A DNA stretch of 64,000 nucleotides from positions 167,819 through 231,818 of IMG/VR virus record IMGVR_UViG_3300031933_000215, one strand, 5' to 3'. The notes under the pieces are model-generated. The model was not told the DNA's origin, searched no databases, and was given only the letters and a program-made list of their open reading frames with translations. The position numbers and the translations under genes were made by a program. Positions within the stretch are counted from its first letter, which is position 1; each line of letters opens with the position of its first letter. Below, one piece after another: positions 57,482 through 64,000 of the stretch.

Positions 57482-57862
57482 ATGACTAAATACGAAGAAA
57501 CGTTTCTGGAGTTGGTGGACAACGGTGTGTTCGGCATGGAACTGGTCGATAAGATGAAAGAGCAGTACAGCACGCGATGCTTGCCGCTGCTGATTGCCCT
57601 GTGCGGTGACGGTGACTTTTACATGCACACGCTGTTCAGTCGCTTTCAGGTACGCAGTCTGGTGCGGTCTGCGTACAACCTTCGCTCATCGAACTACGCC
57701 ATTGATGCTGACTTCATGAACAAGCTCTGCGACCGGGCGTTTTGGGAACTGAACCGGAAACAGATGTTGAAGCTGACGGTGGAACTGACCTTCCTGTACC
57801 CAGAGAAGTTCGAATTCCTGGAACGGTGGGAAGATCAATACCATCGCATCGGCACCGCGTAA
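57482..57862 (+). CDS. Early hypothetical protein
   Basis: ATG 57482 after GAGGA. Confidence 0.6.
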   Translation: MTKYEETFLELVDNGVFGMELVDKMKEQYSTRCLPLLIALCGDGDFYMHTLFSRFQVRSLVRSAYNLRSSNYAIDADFMNKLCDRAFWELNRKQMLKLTVELTFLYPEKFEFLERWEDQYHRIGTA

Positions 57863-57891
57863 GTAACCGCAAACCAAAAAGGAATCTGATA

Positions 57892-58266
57892 ATGAATTAC
57901 GAACTGGTTTCCAATCCCTGCGACTTTAAGAACAAGACCCTCCGTGAGACCATCCAACCGGTTGACGCTATGGTCCCCGAGTCACTGTGTCCGGAGTTCT
58001 TGTACTTGGCCGTATTCAACGCCGACGTCTACTTCCCGACGTCTGAGAAATACCGGGCCTTACTGAAAGAGCATCTGGACAATGACATGTTGGTCGATTG
58101 CGTGACCACCCAAATCCCAGCCAGTGAGTTTGGGTTTGGGACCGAGGACTACTACGTCACGGTTCGGACATGGATAGTAACCAATGAGACCACTGCGACC
58201 GATCCAACCTCGGCCATGGTCGTTACCATCATTCACGTGGATGAGCCCTCCGAGGTTCGGGTGTGA
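57892..58266 (+). CDS. Hypothetical protein
   Basis: ATG 57892 after AAGGA. Confidence 0.6.
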   Translation: MNYELVSNPCDFKNKTLRETIQPVDAMVPESLCPEFLYLAVFNADVYFPTSEKYRALLKEHLDNDMLVDCVTTQIPASEFGFGTEDYYVTVRTWIVTNETTATDPTSAMVVTIIHVDEPSEVRV

Positions 58267-58469
58267 CGATGTCGGACAGTGAAGGATCTACGTACAACCG
58301 ATCAAAACCAACCGGCACTGACCGTGAAGTAATTGAAGCGTACGAAAAAGGTAAGTACCGCACCTTTAGGGCCAGTAGTCGGTTGGACGGTGTTGAACTC
58401 TCAGAGCAGGAACCCACCGAGAGCCTTAGTGACATTATTGCTCGACTGAAACAACCCAACCAGCCATAG
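58263..58469 (+). CDS. Hypothetical protein
   Basis: Overlapping start/stop; followed by a terminator. Confidence 0.45.
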   Translation: MTMSDSEGSTYNRSKPTGTDREVIEAYEKGKYRTFRASSRLDGVELSEQEPTESLSDIIARLKQPNQP

Positions 58470-58525
58470 CCAAATATAGAAGGGACTCCCGGTCCCTTCT
58501 TTTTTGTCCTAACTTAGGAATCGTT

Positions 58526-58912
58526 GTGATGTCTGAACACAAAGAATACATTGACGCAAAGCTGAATCGAATTGAGGAACTCCTTAGTGACGCGGTGGAT
58601 CAGCACCCGTTGGACATAAACACGAATGACCTTGAGACGGCGTTGCGCATGGTCCGGGACATTAAGGCCTTGGACAACCTGAGCACCCAAGACCAGCAAC
58701 TGTTGAAACGGGTCGAGATGTACCGTCGTGTGATGATCGAATCTAAGGGATACACCAACGAGCAGGTTGGCCGCATCATTGCAAATGCGGCGGACTTACG
58801 CCATCTCTGCACGTCCATGGCGTTCACCGTGAACGGCCAAATGGGAGCCCATGCTCCCGATCGAGATTATTTCAACCTATGGACACGTCCCTCCGAACCC
58901 CCAGAAGAATGA
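58526..58912 (+). CDS. Hypothetical protein
   Basis: 128-aa helical ORF after AGGA. Confidence 0.55.
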   Translation: MMSEHKEYIDAKLNRIEELLSDAVDQHPLDINTNDLETALRMVRDIKALDNLSTQDQQLLKRVEMYRRVMIESKGYTNEQVGRIIANAADLRHLCTSMAFTVNGQMGAHAPDRDYFNLWTRPSEPPEE

Positions 58913-59008
58913 CTTGCCGTTTTAATGATAAAGCGGAGACCCACAGCGCCGTGGGAGAAGCGATTTACAACCACCTGTAAGGGCTATGACGCCCAAGGAG
59001 TAAATAGA

Positions 59009-59998
59009 ATGACCCTTGAAAACAAATACCCGCAGTCAGCACTGGACGTGGTGACGTCTCAGTTCAAACCCGAAAAGATCGTTTACAGCGAAGGTTACTT
59101 TGTCATCGCCGAAGGCAAATGGGTTGACGCACCGATGCCTGTGATTGCGATTCGCTGGCACGTACCGGGCAAGATCGGCTACCCGAATGGGTTTGGGAAG
59201 CCCCAGTGGATGCGTACGGTCATTGACCCCGGACGTATTCAATCTACCGGGAACCCCATCTTGCCAAACGCCATTACCATTACGATGTTGGGCGACACGA
59301 GAAACCTTGAAGTAGGTTCGTGGGCCCACGATGGTTTGGACTGGCACATGGTCACTTACATCTACGGTGATGGTACTGGCATGATTTCCGGTGCCGGTCT
59401 TGGTAAGCGTGGCTCGTACCCATTGAACATTGGTGAAATCCAACACGTGGATCAGGGACGCTCGTTGATGGACGTGTGGTTCAGTGAGGTCATGAATGGG
59501 GATGTGTGCCTATGGATGGACCCCGTGGGGCATATCCACGTCACGTTCAAAACCCCCTCTAACATGATCTGGGAACAGAAGAACCCCAGAAACGTCTACA
59601 GTAGCGTTACCCTCAACCAGTCTCCCGCTACCGGTGAATGGGTTTGGGGCGAAGTCATCCCCTGCGTGTTCGACTACATGTTGGATAATCATACGTTAAT
59701 TGGACGCATCAGCGCGACCGACGTAATTCTGATTGAGGATGACAACCGAGTCGCGGTTGATACAGGTAAGATCAAAGAACGTTTCAGTCAACGCTTGAAT
59801 GAGCTTGATCTGAAATTGATCTACGTGCGCAGCGCCCGACAGTTCGATCAGGTGCCGGACGGTCTGGATCTGAACTATGATCCAGTGGATATGCCAAACA
59901 CCAAACGCAACTTCCAGTCGGATTTGACCACGGAACAGGAAGCCGAAGTGTTCGATGGGGATTGCTCATTTGGTTGCGATTATTTCGTCGCTATTTAA
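59009..59998 (+). CDS. Hypothetical multidomain protein
   Basis: ATG 59009 after AAGGAG; N-terminal W..IGYP.G.GKPQW module. Confidence 0.6.
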   Translation: MTLENKYPQSALDVVTSQFKPEKIVYSEGYFVIAEGKWVDAPMPVIAIRWHVPGKIGYPNGFGKPQWMRTVIDPGRIQSTGNPILPNAITITMLGDTRNLEVGSWAHDGLDWHMVTYIYGDGTGMISGAGLGKRGSYPLNIGEIQHVDQGRSLMDVWFSEVMNGDVCLWMDPVGHIHVTFKTPSNMIWEQKNPRNVYSSVTLNQSPATGEWVWGEVIPCVFDYMLDNHTLIGRISATDVILIEDDNRVAVDTGKIKERFSQRLNELDLKLIYVRSARQFDQVPDGLDLNYDPVDMPNTKRNFQSDLTTEQEAEVFDGDCSFGCDYFVAI

Positions 59999-60060
59999 CA
60001 CTGAATCGGGGGACCTGCGGGTCCCTCGCCTTATACCAGTTTTAAAGGAAGAAGAAAACA

Positions 60061-60268
60061 ATGACCGAACGTTACAGTGGGTTTGTCGTGGTATTGGATG
60101 AGGATCGTCGCGAGGATGACTCTGAAGCAATCATTCAGGCCATTCGTCAATTGAAAGGTGTGCTCAAAGTGGAACCGGTGGTGTCAGACCCCGCGATCCA
60201 CATTGCCCATCAGTCGAGCCAAGGCCGAAATGGAAGAACGCATCTGGAGAGCCATTCATGACAGTTAG
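60061..60268 (+). CDS. Small ACT-like hypothetical protein, possibly frameshifted at 60214
   Basis: GFVVVLDED.REDD...IIQAI..LKGV..V; the shifted frame continues RAKAEMEERIWRAIHDS. Confidence 0.5.
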
Positions 60269-60872
60269 TATTGAACCGGTGTTTCCACGCTCTTATTGGG
60301 TGGAGGGTACTCGGATTCCGACCATTAAAGGGATATCAAAGTACGGGGCGGCGTTTGAGTTCCGGACCACGTATGTTCGCGATACCGCGTGGTGCGTTCT
60401 AACACAAGAGGTTGCGCTCATCTTGGGCGAACTTCTGTGGGATAAAAACGTGGTGGAGGTGTTTGCCGGCACCGGACACGTCGCCCACCACCTGAGACGG
60501 GTTGCTGGGAAAGACCGGAAGACGTACCGCGCGTACGACAACTTCACCTTTAGCACCCGATACCGGTACCCAAACAGTGTCTCTAAAAAGAACGCATTCC
60601 GTGCGCCCATTAAAGACGCCGACGTGGTACTGATGACCTGGCCGGAATACAACAAGAACCATGCCGAACGGGTTGTTAAGAAAATGGAGGTCGATCAGAT
60701 TCTGGTGTTCAATGGCGAACCTCGGGGTGGGTGTACCGGTAACGACGCGTTCTATGACCTCTTAGAAAAAGACTTCGTTCCAATGGAGGGACTCAATGAT
60801 CGTTTGGACGACGCTCATTATCAGTTCCCAGGCATCCACGACTGGTGGTCGGTCCACCTTAAGGTAAACTAA
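60258..60872 (+). CDS. Class I SAM-dependent methyltransferase-like protein
   Basis: VVEVFAGTGH, VLMTWP and GEPRGGCTG motifs. Confidence 0.7.
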   Translation: MTVSIEPVFPRSYWVEGTRIPTIKGISKYGAAFEFRTTYVRDTAWCVLTQEVALILGELLWDKNVVEVFAGTGHVAHHLRRVAGKDRKTYRAYDNFTFSTRYRYPNSVSKKNAFRAPIKDADVVLMTWPEYNKNHAERVVKKMEVDQILVFNGEPRGGCTGNDAFYDLLEKDFVPMEGLNDRLDDAHYQFPGIHDWWSVHLKVN

Positions 60873-60873
60873 C

Positions 60874-61512
60874 ATGGTAAAGAAAATTAAAAACGCAACG
60901 GTCTCTGGGGTTTTCAGGAACGACTCGGCCATTATTTATCAGTCGATTTCCAACTGTCGCCCCATTTTCCATTCGGTGGTTTGTAAACTCGAACGTCAGG
61001 CGTTCCGACGAGGACACTTGACCAATAACCCATACATCTTCCCGTACCAAGATCAGAATAGTCCTTCTTACTGTCTTACCACCGTCAAGGGAATCTATGG
61101 GTTTTTGATTTATAAAGCGGTCATAGTGGAAACGATGGCCCACCGTGGGTTTAAGGTTACCGTCACTGCTCAAGATGGTAACTACATGACGAACGGAAAA
61201 CACATCAACCTCCGGATAAAATTCCACCTCGACGATGTTCCACCGCTGGAAGACACTTTTGAGTTGCCCATATTGGAAACCCCGGTGTGGCACCCGAAAA
61301 TCAACGGTGGGTGTTGGACAATCTTTGAACGACATCACGGACGTTGTTGGGGTCTTACCATGCAGTTGATCAGACAGGTTGGAATGCATATACGAAACCA
61401 CTTACATTCCGTCGATCGGCTACGGACAATGGGTGATTCATGGCGAGTCCTACCCACAAAACATGTACGGCGGATGACCGGGGTGGATAACATCGAACCT
61501 TGGGGAAAATAA
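60874..61512 (+). CDS. Hypothetical protein
   Basis: 212-aa ORF directly after the methyltransferase-like gene. Confidence 0.5.
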   Translation: MVKKIKNATVSGVFRNDSAIIYQSISNCRPIFHSVVCKLERQAFRRGHLTNNPYIFPYQDQNSPSYCLTTVKGIYGFLIYKAVIVETMAHRGFKVTVTAQDGNYMTNGKHINLRIKFHLDDVPPLEDTFELPILETPVWHPKINGGCWTIFERHHGRCWGLTMQLIRQVGMHIRNHLHSVDRLRTMGDSWRVLPTKHVRRMTGVDNIEPWGK

Positions 61513-61626
61513 GGAACTACTAGGGGATTGGATAATTTGGAACCTATACCGACTGTTTGTAATTAAAACCACAACCCGTCGTATGGGGTTGGGATAGACA
61601 ACCTTGGATAAAATGGAAGCATCATT

Positions 61627-61995
61627 ATGACAGACCGGACTTTGAAATTTAATGACTTCCAGAAGTACCAACTTCGTGTTGGGTTGGATTTAATCCTACG
61701 CTATGACGGACTGGGTCCGTCGATCACCCGTATCTTGAATCGCCTCACAGAAAGCTGTGAGAGCCACACTGTGGTTCACGTACATTTCGATGTCCCGGTC
61801 GAGGAAACCGTACTGGAAGGCGCTGAGGTGTACGAGATGTCCGGTGTGGTTGGTTTGTTGGACAAGGAACTGGGGCAATCTGAATTGTTTCGGATTCGAG
61901 TACTCGAAAACCACATCACCGACTGTGAGCAACACCCCCTTCGGCGCCTTGATATTCACTACGACCACCAACATAAAAGGAACCTCCATGCCTGA
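61627..61995 (+). CDS. Hypothetical protein
   Basis: 122-aa ORF overlapping the sspB start. Confidence 0.55.
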   Translation: MTDRTLKFNDFQKYQLRVGLDLILRYDGLGPSITRILNRLTESCESHTVVHVHFDVPVEETVLEGAEVYEMSGVVGLLDKELGQSELFRIRVLENHITDCEQHPLRRLDIHYDHQHKRNLHA

Positions 61996-62410
61996 AGAAT
62001 TCAAAATCACACCCATCAACCACCACATCCTTTCGGCCTACCACGCGTGGATGACGGAGAACGGTGCGGTCATTCACCTGATGGTCGACGCTCAACAGCT
62101 GGACGATGACAGCTTCTTACACGCCTACGCCAATGAGCAACACAACCTGAGTCTCAGTGTGGGTGGCAACGCCGCTCGGGAACTGTTGATTGACCATGAA
62201 GGTGTCAGCTTTAACGCTACCTTCAACAAACAACAGCGGGTCGTGTTCGTTCCCATCGGGGCGATCAAAGGAATCGTTGGATGGCTGAACGGTGGAGAAT
62301 CGGGTCCGGTTTCATTTATGTTACCGCCCTTGGACGCGTTCGACATACCAGAGGAGAAACCCAAGCCTGAGAAAGAAAAATCAAAACCCAAACTTACCGT
62401 AGTGAAGTAG
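61988..62410 (+). CDS. sspB: Stringent starvation protein B (ClpXP adaptor) homologue
   Basis: LSAYHAWM.EN...HLMVDA, LSVG.NA..L.I....VSFNATF, VFVPIGAI..I motifs; acidic/Pro linker; C-terminal KPKLTVVK (ClpX-binding-like). Confidence 0.88.
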   Translation: MPEEFKITPINHHILSAYHAWMTENGAVIHLMVDAQQLDDDSFLHAYANEQHNLSLSVGGNAARELLIDHEGVSFNATFNKQQRVVFVPIGAIKGIVGWLNGGESGPVSFMLPPLDAFDIPEEKPKPEKEKSKPKLTVVK

Positions 62411-62482
62411 TAACAATGGGGTCTTCTGTGGCCCCTGTCTATGCCGTAATCAATAATTAAGAACCTAGAAGGAATTAGAACC

Positions 62483-62869
62483 ATGGGACGTGTACACACC
62501 AAAGGACCCTTAAAGATCGACTGGTACGATTTCGAACCCGTCCGCGAAAGTGTTTTCTCACTGCGACGGTGTCGAGATTCGGACAACGAACGAATCAACC
62601 GAGCTGGGGAGATGCTGCGGCCTCAATTGGGTCAGACGTTAGAACTCCGGGTGAAGGTCACCGATCCCGACCTGGCGCAAGCGGTTCTCCTTTCCATGTA
62701 CGGAGAAGACGACTGCATGATCCCCGGCATGGAGTTAGAACGCATTATCATAGACACCCAGAACGAAGCGCGGCGGTCAATGGCCGACAAACTCCGGGAG
62801 CTGGCCAACCGAGTTGAAAGTGGCGAACTCGATGAACCTGAACCGAACCTTTTGGATCAACCCGCCTAA
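62483..62869 (+). CDS. Hypothetical protein
   Basis: AAGGA RBS; ends at a bidirectional terminator. Confidence 0.6.
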   Translation: MGRVHTKGPLKIDWYDFEPVRESVFSLRRCRDSDNERINRAGEMLRPQLGQTLELRVKVTDPDLAQAVLLSMYGEDDCMIPGMELERIIIDTQNEARRSMADKLRELANRVESGELDEPEPNLLDQPA

Positions 62870-62872
62870 ACG

Positions 62873-62918
62873 GCATAAGGGAGTGGGGTAGCCCCACTCC
62901 CATTTATGTTTTTTTTTG
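62873..62918. terminator. Bidirectional terminator with CATAA/TTATG arms
   Basis: GGGAGTGGGG/CCCCACTCCC stem plus T tract. Confidence 0.8.
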
Positions 62919-62919
62919 G

Positions 62920-63192
62920 TCATTGACCGTCGATCACGTCTTTCATTCGGTTCACGTGACACGCGTGACAAACAAACCGATGGTCTCCGTTATACCCAAG
63001 CGACAATGCCACGATCGCCGGGTAGCTGGTAGGGTGTCCAGACATCGTTTTCAGGTACGTGTGCCAATCCGGGAACTCCTCCGAAAAGTGGTCTTGGATC
63101 GCACCCACAAACCCAGCTTGGGTACGCACCAAGTAAATCCCCTCCGAGACCTTCGTCATGTTCTTTTTGCCACGAATCGAGTCCTTAACCAT
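62920..63192 (-). CDS. Hypothetical protein
   Basis: 90-aa ORF in a minus-strand operon. Confidence 0.5.
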   Translation of the reverse strand: MVKDSIRGKKNMTKVSEGIYLVRTQAGFVGAIQDHFSEEFPDWHTYLKTMSGHPTSYPAIVALSLGYNGDHRFVCHACHVNRMKDVIDGQ

Positions 63193-63222
63193 TGCAGTAG
63201 CTCCATGATTCCACTGTGGGTG

Positions 63223-63435
63223 TTACTTGACTTCTTGGGTCAAACAACGACGACACAAACACCCGTTCCCGATTTCAGGGCTTGTGGGGTGTGTGGGTTC
63301 CACGTCCATACACCAACACAGGTTGGCTGACTTACCGTCTTCCATGGCACAGTAAGCTGGACCACTACACTCAGGACATTCATGCGTTGAGATTTGGTCC
63401 CTGATCTTTCTCAGGGTGGTCATACGCGCGTCCAT
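63223..63435 (-). CDS. Cys-rich CWC-family protein
   Basis: CPEC...YC......CWC........CLCRRCL. Confidence 0.75.
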   Translation of the reverse strand: MDARMTTLRKIRDQISTHECPECSGPAYCAMEDGKSANLCWCMDVEPTHPTSPEIGNGCLCRRCLTQEVK

Positions 63436-63447
63436 ACCTTCTCCTTT

Positions 63448-63936
63448 TTAACTGCCGATCATCAAGACCGTAGGGAACCGGGTGCTGTGTTCAGCAATCC
63501 AGGTGAACAGACGCATGTCCTTTTTGAGGCGCTTCATGACATAATTGGCCTCGTCTACGACAAAGAAATCGAACTGTGCGTGTTCGAAAACATCCGTACC
63601 GTCAAGACCATCGTGAATCTCTTTCACTGTGACGATGGGGAAATCCACACGACCCCGGTTCTTGAGCAGTTCACGATAGTTATCATTGACCACAACCATA
63701 CAGCTGTTCGTGGCTGGGTCGTTAAGACGTTCATTGAAGTTATTGAGGGCGGCTGTTACCCAAGATGTCTTACCGGTCTGACGAGGTGTCCCCAGCCAAT
63801 AGGTGCAATGTTCACGTATGAAACCGCTGCGCTCAGGCCAATATTTCGCACGCTGCTTCAACCAGTCGGTATCTTCTCGCAACACCATGAGCTCTTTGAA
63901 AATCGCATCGTAATTGATGGTTTTTGGAGACGTCAT
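63448..63936 (-). CDS. Small P-loop protein resembling a terminase/SF2 ATPase N-domain
   Basis: PRQTGKT Walker A and FFVVDEA Walker B in only 162 aa. Confidence 0.6.
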   Translation of the reverse strand: MTSPKTINYDAIFKELMVLREDTDWLKQRAKYWPERSGFIREHCTYWLGTPRQTGKTSWVTAALNNFNERLNDPATNSCMVVVNDNYRELLKNRGRVDFPIVTVKEIHDGLDGTDVFEHAQFDFFVVDEANYVMKRLKKDMRLFTWIAEHSTRFPTVLMIGS

Positions 63937-63961
63937 TTTACAGTTCCTTTCGGTTAGGGAA

Positions 63962-64000
63962 TAAAAGAGGCCCCGTGTGGGTGGAGCCTCTTTTTTTTTT
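63962..64000. terminator. Terminator hairpin at window end
   Basis: AAAAGAGGC/GCCTCTTTT plus poly-T. Confidence 0.7.

Noticed and set aside
1-64000. CRISPR array, tRNA or rRNA genes
   Set aside because: No regularly spaced direct repeats or canonical cloverleafs were seen by eye; tRNAscan-SE/ARAGORN would be the decisive check.

Overview
This window is a gene-dense 64-kb segment of a phiKZ-like (nucleus-forming, Chimalliviridae-type) jumbo phage. The assignment rests on the split virion RNA polymerase (vRNAP) subunits, the gp175-type prohead protease, the gp181-type tail protein with a lytic transglycosylase domain, the central spike plus PAAR tip, UvsX and RNase H. The phiKZ gp numbers given are recalled from homology and synteny, not from a search. 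The left and middle parts are virion and vRNAP modules. The right part holds early/accessory and dTTP-synthesis genes (tmk, dcd, thyA), an SNF2-like helicase and a phage SspB. Three independent endonuclease-bearing mobile elements are visible: a group I intron with a NUMOD4-HNH ORF in the vRNAP beta gene (splice junctions resolved from the P1 U.G pair and terminal G), a LAGLIDADG intein at the catalytic Cys of ThyA, and a free-standing HNH cassette that replaced the C-terminal half of a SleB-like cell-wall hydrolase and left the native half stranded downstream. The most novel signal lies in the ~590-nt gap at 45752-46344. It holds a complete type I hammerhead ribozyme with a loop II pseudoknot, just after a TATG motif. 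The ribozyme is followed by a ~290-nt, densely base-paired stretch with no credible ORF that ends in a terminator, which suggests a ribozyme-matured phage non-coding RNA. No tRNA, rRNA or CRISPR array was seen.
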